Source: Alphaproteobacteria bacterium (GTDB taxonomy: Bacteria > Pseudomonadota > Alphaproteobacteria > GCA-2731375). Taken from it: DNA of 64,000 bases. Under the pieces are notes generated by a model. The model saw nothing but the letters and a program-made list of their open reading frames with translations, made no database searches and was not told where the DNA came from. This document shows positions 33,110-42,390 of this stretch, piece after piece (the stretch's first letter is position 1; the number at the start of each line of letters is the position of its first letter). The translations under genes were made by a program, and so were the position numbers. The stretch spans positions 96,001 through 160,000 of the forward strand of contig CBDDBZ010000038.1 of assembly GCA_965225945.1 (NCBI GenBank). Reading direction: 5' to 3'.

Positions 33110-33970
33110 TCAGAGCCCGTAGCGGGCCCAGAGTGCGCGTGCCTCCAGCGTCGACAACAGGCCTTCCAGCGCCGGCGCCAGGTCGGGCGCGGCCGCCGCC
33201 ATGCCGAAGCGCCGTTGCAGGAAACCCTTGCGGTCCTCGATCACCTTCAGCCGGACCTTATCGCCATAGAGCGCGCGCATCCGGCTCCGCATGTCGGCGA
33301 GCCCGTCCACCAGACCCAACTCCAGCGCCTTGGCGCCGGTCCAGAACTCACCGCTAAAGAGCGCCTCGTCCTCGCCCTTCAGGCGTTTCCCCCGGCGCGC
33401 GCGGACATGGCGCTCGAAGGATCGGTGCAAGGATTGCTGCAGCACCGTGAGCCGGGCCAGATCCTCCTCCCGCTCCGCCAGGAAGGGGTCGAGAAAGCTC
33501 TTGGCCTCGCCCGAGGTATGGAGGCGGCGTTCGACGCCGAGCTTGTCGAGCGCCCGCTCGAAGCCGAAGCCTTGAGTGATGACGCCGATGGAGCCGACGA
33601 TCGATCCGGCGTTGGCGTGGATGTCGTCGCCGGCGCAGGCGATCCAGTAGCCGCCGGATGCCGCGACGTCCTCGATGAAGACGTGGAGCGGTGTCTTCTT
33701 CTCCTCGGCGAGCGCCCTGAGCCGGTCGTGGATCAGCGCCGATTGCACCGGCGTGCCGCCCGGCGAGTTGACGGAGAGCGCCACGGCGACCAGGCGACGG
33801 GTCGCGAAGGCCGCCTCGATTCGCTGGGCGAGATCGGCGATGTTCAAGGTGGCGCGAAGCGGTCCCGAACGGGGACCGATCACGCCGTGGAGACGCAGCA
33901 CGGCGACCACCGGCGCGGGCTCGCGCAGGCGCTTGATGGGAATGTAGCGGCGCCATCGGGCGAGTTTCAT
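33110..33970 (-). CDS. S49 family peptidase (SppA-like)
   Basis: VNSPGG, EDVAASGGYWIA, IVGSIGVI. Confidence 0.92.
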   Translation of the reverse strand: MKLARWRRYIPIKRLREPAPVVAVLRLHGVIGPRSGPLRATLNIADLAQRIEAAFATRRLVAVALSVNSPGGTPVQSALIHDRLRALAEEKKTPLHVFIEDVAASGGYWIACAGDDIHANAGSIVGSIGVITQGFGFERALDKLGVERRLHTSGEAKSFLDPFLAEREEDLARLTVLQQSLHRSFERHVRARRGKRLKGEDEALFSGEFWTGAKALELGLVDGLADMRSRMRALYGDKVRLKVIEDRKGFLQRRFGMAAAAPDLAPALEGLLSTLEARALWARYGL

Positions 33971-34002
33971 GGCCCCACTCATAGCCGCCGGCGACGGCGG
34001 GC

Positions 34003-34758
34003 TCAAGCGCCGCCGGCCTCCAAGTCGAGCCCGGCGCCGGCCCGCAGCACCGCCTCGGCGGCGGCGGTGTAGCCGCGAGCGGGCCCGTGCAAGACCAGGC
34101 CCTCGGCGAGGCGGAGTGGCGCCTTGGCGCCCTTGCTCGCTCTCAGGATCAGCCGCTTGGCATCACGACCGGCGCGGGGGCGTAACGGAAAGACGATCAC
34201 CCCGCCGGCGTCCCCGGCGAGCGCGGCCAGCGCGGTATCCAACCGCGCCGCCGGCAGCACGAGACCGAGCGTGCCGCCGCTCCGAAGGCGCGCCAGGCAG
34301 GCCGAAATCCAGGCCTCGAGCGAGGCGCCATGGCGGGCGCGGGCGCGGCTCGGGTCGGGAGCCGGAGGCGCCGTCAGGAGATCGTGGAATGGCGGGTTGG
34401 AGATCACGTGATCGAAGTTTTCGCCACCCTCGGCCAATAGGTCGCCGGCGGCGAAGTCGACGCGGGCTGCGAGCCCGTTGCGCCGCGCGTTCTCTCCGGC
34501 GAGGGCGACCAGGCGGGAATCGATTTCGATGCCGGTGAAGCCGACCTCGGAAAGACGGCGCGCGGCGGCGAGCGCGACGATGCCGGCGCCAGAGCCGGCA
34601 TCGAGCACCCGCTCCCCCGGCCGGGCGGAGAGCGAGGCCGCCAGCAGCACCGCGTCGGAGGTGGCCCGGTGGCCGCGTTTCGGCTGCAACACGGAGAGCG
34701 CGCCGTCGAGGAAGCCGTCGTCGGTAAATTCGCCGTCGCCGGCGCTCGGTTCAGTCAT
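34003..34758 (-). CDS. SAM methyltransferase, tRNA1(Val) A37 N6-methyltransferase-like
   Basis: DAVLLAA, VLDAGSGAG, ISNPPF. Confidence 0.85.
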   Translation of the reverse strand: MTEPSAGDGEFTDDGFLDGALSVLQPKRGHRATSDAVLLAASLSARPGERVLDAGSGAGIVALAAARRLSEVGFTGIEIDSRLVALAGENARRNGLAARVDFAAGDLLAEGGENFDHVISNPPFHDLLTAPPAPDPSRARARHGASLEAWISACLARLRSGGTLGLVLPAARLDTALAALAGDAGGVIVFPLRPRAGRDAKRLILRASKGAKAPLRLAEGLVLHGPARGYTAAAEAVLRAGAGLDLEAGGA

Positions 34759-34969
34759 CTGGGAGCGCTATGCCGGCCTCGTCCAGGATCCGCCGGGCGC
34801 GAGGCGCGTCGTCGTCGGCGACCATCAGGCGCCTCGGCAAGGCGCCGATGGAGCCTTCCAGCACGCTCATATGGGCATCGAGCAGGATCGGCAGAATCGC
34901 CGCGTCGCGCAGCAGCGCCGACGACCAGCTTATCAGCACCGGATTGTTGGTTCTGAGCAGCTCGACCAT
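34751..34969 (-). CDS. DUF2007 domain protein
   Basis: MVELLRTNNPVLISW..ALL...LDAHMSVLEGSIGALPRRLMV. Confidence 0.85.
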   Translation of the reverse strand: MVELLRTNNPVLISWSSALLRDAAILPILLDAHMSVLEGSIGALPRRLMVADDDAPRARRILDEAGIALPDD

Positions 34970-34994
34970 GCTCCCTCCCGACGCGCGCCCGACC

Positions 34995-35765
34995 TCAGCG
35001 GGAGATGAAACCGCCGTCGACCGGCAGCGGCACGCCGGTGATGTAGGAGGCCTCGTCGGAAGCGAGGAACAACCCGGCATAGGCGACCTCCTCGGGCCGG
35101 CCGGGGCGGCCGAGCGGGATCAGGGTCTTCATCCGCGCCAAATTCTCCTCCGGATCGCTCTGCTGGTCGGGCCGGCCCATGAAGATCTTCAGCATCGGCG
35201 TGTCGATCGGCCCGGGGCAGACCGCGTTGACCCGGATGTTGTCGACCGCGAGACGGCCCGCGAGCGATTGCATCAGGCCGACGACGCCGAACTTGGCGGC
35301 CGAATAGATCGGCGAGAAAGCCGAGCCCGCAAGCCCCGCCACCGAGGCGGTGAAGAGGATACTGCCACCACCCCTGGCCCGCATCGCCGGCACCGCATCG
35401 CCCGTGGTGACGACGACGGAACGAATGTTGAGGTCCATGGCGATCTCGTAGTCGCCCATCTCCACGCCCTCGACGCGGGCCGGACCGGGATGGCCGACAT
35501 GGTTCCAAAGGATGTCGAGCCCGCCGAAGGCCGCCACCACGTCGGAGACGATCCGCTTGGCGTCCTCGTCGCGTGAGAGGTCGGCCTGGATCGCCACCGC
35601 GCGACCACCCGCGCCGGTGATCTCCTCGGCAACGGCGGCGGCACCGTCCCCGTTCAGGTCGGCGACACCGACCTCGGCACCCTCGGCCGCGAAGAGCCGG
35701 GCCGCCGCCCGCCCCATGCCGGACGCCGCCGCCGTGATCAAGGCGATCTTGCCATCGAGCCGCAT
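34995..35765 (-). CDS. Short-chain dehydrogenase/reductase
   Basis: ITAAASGMG, YSAAK, NAVCPGPIDT, VDGG. Confidence 0.93.
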   Translation of the reverse strand: MRLDGKIALITAAASGMGRAAARLFAAEGAEVGVADLNGDGAAAVAEEITGAGGRAVAIQADLSRDEDAKRIVSDVVAAFGGLDILWNHVGHPGPARVEGVEMGDYEIAMDLNIRSVVVTTGDAVPAMRARGGGSILFTASVAGLAGSAFSPIYSAAKFGVVGLMQSLAGRLAVDNIRVNAVCPGPIDTPMLKIFMGRPDQQSDPEENLARMKTLIPLGRPGRPEEVAYAGLFLASDEASYITGVPLPVDGGFISR

Positions 35766-35854
35766 GGTCGTTCCCTCCCCCGTATCGCGGCGGCGAATCC
35801 GCCCCTCGACAACGATACGAACTGGTGGTGCGGCTTGGCAAACGCCGCCATTTC

Positions 35855-35869
35855 TTAACGCGATGTTAA
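35855..35869. promoter_or_regulatory. CtrA-box-like site TTAA-N7-TTAA
   Basis: ttaa-cgcgatg-ttaa in the intergenic region 90 bp upstream of the SDR gene. Confidence 0.55.
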
Positions 35870-36168
35870 GGCGCCCCGAGCTATGCGTTTATCGCGGGGC
35901 TGCCATGTGTCCGTCCCCCTGGCAGTGGCGAAAAAATTTCGTAAGTTGAGCAACAAGTTTTTGCGGTGCACCCAACCTCCCTCGCGCCGCGATCCACGAT
36001 CGGAATTGGGATAAGGCTCGTCAGATGGTCAAGTTCGCGTTCGGTACGGTGGTTTGGATCGTGTTCATGACCTGGTTCCTCGACAATTACACCAATATTC
36101 TGGCCTAATGAGCCCTTCCGGGCGTCGCGCCCGGCTGCTCTCGAGTGATGGCGAGACGCAACCCGCCC

Positions 36169-38265
36169 TCAGAGATCGAGCGCCGCGACGTATTTGGAGA
36201 GCTTCTCCCGAGCGGCCTCATGGCCTGCACGGGCGTCCTCCCCCAGCAGTTGCAGCCGCTCGATCTCGTCCTCCTGAACGCCGAGCTTCCTCAGATAGCG
36301 ATTGTGGAGGCCGCTGCCGCGCGGCACGCGGGCGAGATTGTCGCGGATCCGCTTCTGGTTCTTGTCGATCGAGGCCAGGTGAGCCTTGATCCGCCCGACC
36401 TCGTGGGCGGCCGCGTCGACCGCCTTTTTCAGTGCCAGCATGCGCCGGAAGGCCTCGCGGATCGGCTCCGTCAGCTCCCGCGCGCCGATGAAGGCGCCGA
36501 CCCGCCCTTCGGTAATGTCGAGCAAGCGGATCCGCTCGGCGACCGGCCGCTCGGCCACCACCTCCACCTTGGCGCTTTCGCCCGCTTCGAAGACGCGGGT
36601 GAGGCGATAGTGGCCGGACGTGCGGTCGAGCTTCGAGGCCTCGGGCGTCACCAGCCGCCAGCCGCGCCGGATCGGATGCTCGATCATCACCTTGCGGGCC
36701 TCGCGCGCCGGGGCCTTGACCCGGTAGGTGGTGGTTCGCCGCTCGACGCGGGTGAAATGGAAGAGGCCACGATTGATCTTGCCCTTGGTGATCCAGCTCT
36801 TGGCGCCGGTCTTGACGTCGACCTTGGTCTTGTTGTCGACGGCGAAGCTCAACAGCCGATGCTCGCCCGCCGGCAGCGGCCCCATGCGCGCATCGCCCAC
36901 ATAGTTCACCGGGCCGCCGTGGCGCCGCTCGTAGAGCGTCAACACGCCCGGCGGCAGGCCGCTCTCGCCCTCGTTCACGAGCCTGACCGAGGAGAGCGGA
37001 TTGACGCCGCTCGCCGAGCCCGGGCGATGCAGCGCCAGCCGCTCCGCCGTGACCGAGCGGTCGACGATGGGGATCGCCAAGCTGTTGCCCGATTCGACGT
37101 CGATCGGCAGTCCGATGGTAAAGACCACCTGGGTCGTCGCCTCGCCCGCCCGTACGGCCATGGCGCCGCCCGCGGCACCAGGGATCGCCAGATCCTCCGA
37201 GACGGCAGCCGGTGCCGCCGCGTCCGTCGCCATCGGCGGGGGCTTGGCCACCGACATCGCCATGGTGGGCCGCGCGCGCTTGCGGCTTTCCAGCGCCGCC
37301 TTCTGCTGGTCGCCGAAGCGCTGCTTCATCGGTGCCGCCCGTTCCGCCTCGCCGGCCGCGACCAGGCCGGAATCGAGCTTCGGCAGGACCCGGCCCAGGA
37401 CCTCGACCGGCACCTCGGGGCGATCGACGAAATAGGCCTGATAGAGCGCCTGGCGGAAGGTCACGGGATTACCCGAGGCGAGGGTCAGCTCGACGCCCTC
37501 CCAGTGCTGGCCGCTCAAGTTCTCGACCACGGCCCAGCCCTGCAGCAAGCCCTCCTTGCCGGTCGGATCGGCGTCGAGCGTCAGCCGATAGGACGCCTTC
37601 CAGAGCGGCGCGCCGACGACATAGCCGACCCTGACCCGCCGCCTGCCCTCACCGCGCGACTGGATGGTCAGCGTGCGGCGGTCGCGGGCCCGGTGCGCAG
37701 CGACCTGGCGCAAGGCCTCCTCGACGGCCTCGCGCAGTCCCGGGTCGCGGAAGCCGACCGCATCCACGTCCTCCAGGATGAACTGGCGAATGCCACTCGG
37801 CGTCAGCAGGCTCACGCGATGGCGGGTGATCACGCCCTGCTCGCCGAGCGAAGTCTGCTCGGCGAGCACGCGAATGATCCGCCCCCTGAGCGGCCGAGCG
37901 CCGCCGACCACGATCTCCGCCCCCTGCAGCGCGTTCAGCAGCGCCACCGGAGAATCGAGCGCCCGCCGAGCGAAGGGGAGGTCGCGGAACACCTGCCCGA
38001 GCGGCTGGCGCCCCGGCAGCTCGATAGTGCCGACACCACCCTTGTCGTCGAACACGACGATGCTCTTCAACACGTCGTCGACTTGGTCCAGCCTGACGTC
38101 GAGCGCGAGGATCGCGTCGCCCTCGACCTCCGCCTGGTATTCGAAATAGCCGACGCCACCGGTCGACAGCAGAACCCGCGAGAGCTTCAATTCGTCTTGC
38201 GCCCAGCCCGGGGCGACAAGCAGCGCGAGAGCAAGAACGGCCGGCGCGAGCAGTTTCGAGGACAT
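36169..38265 (-). CDS. Secreted DUF4139-domain protein
   Basis: Signal peptide; RVLLSTGGVGYFE, DDVLKSIVV, PLWKASYRL, LQGWAVVEN. Confidence 0.8.
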   Translation of the reverse strand: MSSKLLAPAVLALALLVAPGWAQDELKLSRVLLSTGGVGYFEYQAEVEGDAILALDVRLDQVDDVLKSIVVFDDKGGVGTIELPGRQPLGQVFRDLPFARRALDSPVALLNALQGAEIVVGGARPLRGRIIRVLAEQTSLGEQGVITRHRVSLLTPSGIRQFILEDVDAVGFRDPGLREAVEEALRQVAAHRARDRRTLTIQSRGEGRRRVRVGYVVGAPLWKASYRLTLDADPTGKEGLLQGWAVVENLSGQHWEGVELTLASGNPVTFRQALYQAYFVDRPEVPVEVLGRVLPKLDSGLVAAGEAERAAPMKQRFGDQQKAALESRKRARPTMAMSVAKPPPMATDAAAPAAVSEDLAIPGAAGGAMAVRAGEATTQVVFTIGLPIDVESGNSLAIPIVDRSVTAERLALHRPGSASGVNPLSSVRLVNEGESGLPPGVLTLYERRHGGPVNYVGDARMGPLPAGEHRLLSFAVDNKTKVDVKTGAKSWITKGKINRGLFHFTRVERRTTTYRVKAPAREARKVMIEHPIRRGWRLVTPEASKLDRTSGHYRLTRVFEAGESAKVEVVAERPVAERIRLLDITEGRVGAFIGARELTEPIREAFRRMLALKKAVDAAAHEVGRIKAHLASIDKNQKRIRDNLARVPRGSGLHNRYLRKLGVQEDEIERLQLLGEDARAGHEAAREKLSKYVAALDL

Positions 38266-38394
38266 GGCTCCATTTCCCTTGAAGCGTTATGTGGAAGTCT
38301 CAGCCTGACGGTCGATTATGGCCCGAATGCGGCCTCAACGTGACCGCCCGGTGGTTTCCCCGCGCCATCCCCGGCTTCGGCGGGGCCGTCTCGC

Positions 38395-39342
38395 TCACCC
38401 GACGATGCGTCCGAATCGAACCGCAGTCTGTCCCCGACGCAACCGCTTCGACGGCATGATCAGCACGCATTCGTCGTAGGGCGTGGTCACCGGCTCGGCC
38501 CCGTCATGGCCGATCACCGTGCCCGCCTCGGGGATGATTTCCAGGCCCTGGTAATCCTCGACGAAGGCGAATTCTTCGCTCTCGATGGTGACGGGGCCGC
38601 TGACCTCGATCACCCGTTGTGGCGGCGGCGGCCGGCCGAGGTGCGGCGCCGCGTCCGCCTGGTCGATGGCGCCGGTGGCGAGGAGAAAACGGAACGTGAC
38701 CTCGATCGCCACCGCCACCGTGCTTTCGAGCCAATGCTGGCCGCATTCCACCAGCAAGGCCGTGCGTTTGCCCTCGGCCGCGCCAAATTCGCCGTGGTCC
38801 CGCATCCGGGCGCCGGCCCGGTGCCCCGCGTCGGCGACGATGTCGACCGGTACGCCCACCTCCCCGGCCAGCGCCTTGCCCCTGGGCGCGGTGCCACACA
38901 GCATGACCGGCTGGCTCGCGCCCTGCATCGAGTGGATATCGAGCAGAAAGTCGCTCTCGAGGACGAAGGGAAGATACTCGCGGGCGCGCCTGAGCTCGTG
39001 ACTGTCGCGGGGGCCGTCCAGCACCTCGGGCGACCAGAGCCGATTGAAATCCTCATCCACGAAGCGCGAGGCGCCGGGATTGTCGGGATCGAAGCGTTCG
39101 TAGGCGGCGACGTTGGCGAAGCTCAAGATCAACGTCCCGCGCCGGGGCCGGATGTCGTGCTCGAAGAGCCGCATCAGCGCATAGGCGCCGCAGAGCTCGT
39201 TGCCGTGGGTGAGCGCGTTCACCATCACCACCGGGCCGGCTGCGCCTGCCTCGAAGCGATGCACGTAATCGACGCCGGTGTTGCCGCGCGCGAAGGCCGC
39301 GATGTCGCTCGCCAGGACCTCGATTACGGGCTCGCTCACCAC
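38395..39342 (-). CDS. Succinylglutamate desuccinylase/aspartoacylase (M14) family protein
   Basis: HGNE, DFNR, LDIHS, VECGQH. Confidence 0.88.
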   Translation of the reverse strand: MVSEPVIEVLASDIAAFARGNTGVDYVHRFEAGAAGPVVMVNALTHGNELCGAYALMRLFEHDIRPRRGTLILSFANVAAYERFDPDNPGASRFVDEDFNRLWSPEVLDGPRDSHELRRAREYLPFVLESDFLLDIHSMQGASQPVMLCGTAPRGKALAGEVGVPVDIVADAGHRAGARMRDHGEFGAAEGKRTALLVECGQHWLESTVAVAIEVTFRFLLATGAIDQADAAPHLGRPPPPQRVIEVSGPVTIESEEFAFVEDYQGLEIIPEAGTVIGHDGAEPVTTPYDECVLIMPSKRLRRGQTAVRFGRIVG

Positions 39343-39371
39343 TCCGCCTCGCTTCGCTTCATCGTCGACGC

Positions 39372-40598
39372 TCAGAGGCGGGAATAGTCGATCGGACGGG
39401 TGTGGTCCAGGGCAATACCCGCCACCGGCATCGGATATTTGAGGCCCGTGGCGCAGTTGAAGAGGACGACACGGGCGCCCACCTCGATCCGCCCCTCGGT
39501 CACGGCGCGCCGGTACGCCGCATAGGTCGCGGCGGCTTCCGGGCAGAGCAGAATGCCGCTGGCGAGCGCCGCCTCCCGCCTGGCCTCCATGATCACCTCG
39601 TCGTCGACCGCAAGGGCGAAGCCGCCGCTGTCGCGGACCGCGCGGAGGATCAGAAAATCACCGATCGCCACCGGCACCCGGATGCCGGCGGCGATGGTGT
39701 GCGCATCGGGCCAGAGCTCGGCGTGCTCGCGCCCCTCCTCCCAGGCGCGCACGATGGGCGCGCAGCCGCTCGCCTGCACGACGATCATCTTGGGCCGCTC
39801 GGGGCCGATCCAGCCCATCGCCTCCAGCTCCTCGAAAGCCTTCCACATGCCGATGATGCCGGTGCCGCCGCCGGTCGGGTAAAACACGGCATCCGGGAGC
39901 GTCCAGCCGAACTGCTCCGCCAGCTCCAGCCCCATGGTCTTCTTGCCCTCGATCCGGTAGGGCTCCTTCAAGGTCGTGGTGTCGAACCAGCCCATCGGCT
40001 CCTTGCCGTCGCCGACGATTTTGCCGCAGTCGTTGATCAGGCCGTTCACGCGGTAGACCTTGGCGCCGTGCAGCGCGATTTCGCGAAGATTGATCTCCGG
40101 CGTGTCCTCGGGGCAGAAGACGTCGGCCGCGATTCCAGCGGCACGGCAATAAGCGGCGAGCGCGGCGCCGGCATTGCCGTTGCTCGGCATCGCCATTCGC
40201 TCGACGCCCAGTTCCTTGGCCATGGAGACCGCGACGCTGAGCCCGCGTGCCTTGAAGGACCCGGTGGGGAGCCGCCCCTCCTCCTTGACGTAGACCTCGG
40301 GCCCCAGCGCGGGGGCATGGACGAGAGGCGTCATGGTCTCGCCGAGCGAGATCACGTTCTCGGCCCGCCGCACCGGCAACAGCTCGCGGTAGCGCCAGAA
40401 ATCCGGCGCCCGGGCGGCGAGCGTCGCCTTGTCGAGCGCGAGCGCAACGCCCTCCAGGTCGTAGCGCACCAGGATCGGCTTGCCTTCGGGTGAGAGGTTG
40501 TGCAACTCGCCGGCCGGCAGATGCTCGCCGGTGGCGCTGCATTCCAGATGACTTACGAAGTTGGGCCGTTTCGCCCGGACGTTGTCGAGATGGTGCAT
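39372..40598 (-). CDS. Threonine synthase-like PLP enzyme
   Basis: PTGSFKARG, PTGGGTG, FNCATGLKY. Confidence 0.9.
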   Translation of the reverse strand: MHHLDNVRAKRPNFVSHLECSATGEHLPAGELHNLSPEGKPILVRYDLEGVALALDKATLAARAPDFWRYRELLPVRRAENVISLGETMTPLVHAPALGPEVYVKEEGRLPTGSFKARGLSVAVSMAKELGVERMAMPSNGNAGAALAAYCRAAGIAADVFCPEDTPEINLREIALHGAKVYRVNGLINDCGKIVGDGKEPMGWFDTTTLKEPYRIEGKKTMGLELAEQFGWTLPDAVFYPTGGGTGIIGMWKAFEELEAMGWIGPERPKMIVVQASGCAPIVRAWEEGREHAELWPDAHTIAAGIRVPVAIGDFLILRAVRDSGGFALAVDDEVIMEARREAALASGILLCPEAAATYAAYRRAVTEGRIEVGARVVLFNCATGLKYPMPVAGIALDHTRPIDYSRL

Positions 40599-40704
40599 GC
40601 GCCGATATCGCACGCGCCATGGCCGGCGACAAGTCGCGTCGAAACCAAGTATCCTCGGTGCCTCGGCCGCGGGCTTGACGGTTTCCAAACGGCGGTCCGG
40701 CGAA

Positions 40705-41712
40705 TTAGAGCAGCCGGGGCAGCACCTTCTCGGTGAAGGTGATGAAGGAGGCGTGGCTGAGCGGCGCGCACAGCAGATAGTCGAGGTGGATCTCCTCCTG
40801 GAGGCGCTGGAGCTGGTCGATCACGCGCTCGGGCGAGCCCCAGATGGTGACGCTGTGGAGATAACGCTCCACCGGATCCAACTCTCGGCTCTCGCCGTCG
40901 ACTTCGACCACCAGGGTCGGGTTGGCCATGCCCTTGGCTTCGTTCTTGTAGCTCTCGATGATCCAGGCGGCGCCGCGGCGCGCGACCTGCTCGGCCTCCG
41001 CGTCGGTGTCGGCCATGGCGATGAAGCGGGTCATCGGAATCTCCCGGCCATCCATCGCATGCCCGCTCGATTGCAGGCCGGCGGCGAAGATCCCGCGATA
41101 TTCCAGCAGCACGTCGAAGGTCGCATGCGGCCCCAACATCGCCGTGTAGCCGCGCTCGCCGGCCCATTTCAGCGCCGGCGGCGAGCCCGCCGCGACCCAG
41201 ACCGGCGGGTGCGGCGACTGCGCCGGCTTCGGCAGCACCTCGACATCCTCGAAGCACCAGTTCTCGCTCGCCCAAGTCAACCGCTCGTTGGTCCAGGCCG
41301 CGAGCACGATGTCCACCGCCTCCTGGAAGCGGGCGCGCGAGTGCTCCAACGGCACGTCGAAGGCGGCGAACTCCCTCGGATCGAAGCCCCGGCCGGCGCC
41401 CCAGTTGACCCGGCCACCGGTCAGCACGTCGAGCATCGCCACCTCTTCGGCCAGCCGCAACGGGTGGTAGAAGGCGGCCAGCGACACGGCCGTGCCGATT
41501 CTCAGATTCTCGGTCCGATCGGCGACGTGCATGCCCATCAGGTGGACCGACGGACAGATCGAATAGTCGGTGAAGTGGTGCTCGGCCAGCCAGACGCAGT
41601 CGTAGCCCGTCCGGTCCATCAGATCGATGCGCTGCAGCGCCCGCTCATAGACCTGTTCCAGCGCGTAGCGTCGACCCGGCCAGGAGAAGAACTGCAACAC
41701 ACCGAACTTCAT
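40705..41712 (-). CDS. LLM-class flavin-dependent oxidoreductase
   Basis: MKFGVLQFF, WLAEHHF, HPLRLAEE..MLD.LTGGR. Confidence 0.92.
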   Translation of the reverse strand: MKFGVLQFFSWPGRRYALEQVYERALQRIDLMDRTGYDCVWLAEHHFTDYSICPSVHLMGMHVADRTENLRIGTAVSLAAFYHPLRLAEEVAMLDVLTGGRVNWGAGRGFDPREFAAFDVPLEHSRARFQEAVDIVLAAWTNERLTWASENWCFEDVEVLPKPAQSPHPPVWVAAGSPPALKWAGERGYTAMLGPHATFDVLLEYRGIFAAGLQSSGHAMDGREIPMTRFIAMADTDAEAEQVARRGAAWIIESYKNEAKGMANPTLVVEVDGESRELDPVERYLHSVTIWGSPERVIDQLQRLQEEIHLDYLLCAPLSHASFITFTEKVLPRLL

Positions 41713-41890
41713 GCGAACCATCCGCCCCCGTGCCCGACCCTCAAGCGCCGAGCCCCGGAAATACCTAGCCCATGGGCCGCTGCTGTCAAGCCGCGCAAAG
41801 GGTTTGCCATCAGCCGTCGGACGCCACATGATCAAGCCGTGATTCCGCCGCGACGCTTCCGTCGCGGCCATGGAGGGGAGAACTGATGCG

Positions 41891-42387
41891 ATGATCGGAA
41901 AGAGTTTGTTCAGTGGCCTGGCCCTGTGCGCGACGCTTCTCGTCGCCACCGCGCCTGCGCCCGAAGCCAAAGCGTAATCGGACCAGGAGGGCGTGAAGGT
42001 CGGCCTGCTCACCTGCAATGTCGGCAGCGGCTGGGGCTTCATCTTCGGCTCCTCCAAGGAGCTGAAATGCGTCTTCGCGCCCGCAGGCGACAAACCCTCG
42101 GAGCGTTATGCGGCACGATCGACAAGTTCGGCGTCGACATCGGCTACACCGCGGCCGGCGTCATCCTCTGGGGCGTTCTGGCGCCGACCAGCGACGTCGG
42201 GCCGGGTGCGCTGGCGGGCACCTATGGCGGCGCCACGGCGCAGGTGACGGCCGGTGTCGGCGTCGGCGCCAACGTGCTGGTGGGCGGTGGCAACTCGATC
42301 TCGCTGCAGCCGGTCAGCATCTCCGGTCAGAAGGGGTTGAACGTCGCCGGCGGCATCGCGGCGGTCACGCTCAGGGCGGCCCGCTAG
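41891..42387 (+). pseudogene. DUF992 family secreted protein with an in-frame stop (41975) and a frameshift (~42108)
   Basis: GLLTCNV.SGWGFIFGSS..LKC, then in another frame IDKFGVDIG...GANVLVGG..SISLQPVS. Confidence 0.8.
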
Positions 42388-42390
42388 GCT

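Noticed and set aside
31285-38343. Long plus-strand ORFs (690 aa, 732 aa) and similar antisense ORFs across the window
   Set aside because: Shadow frames of real minus-strand genes in high-GC DNA.
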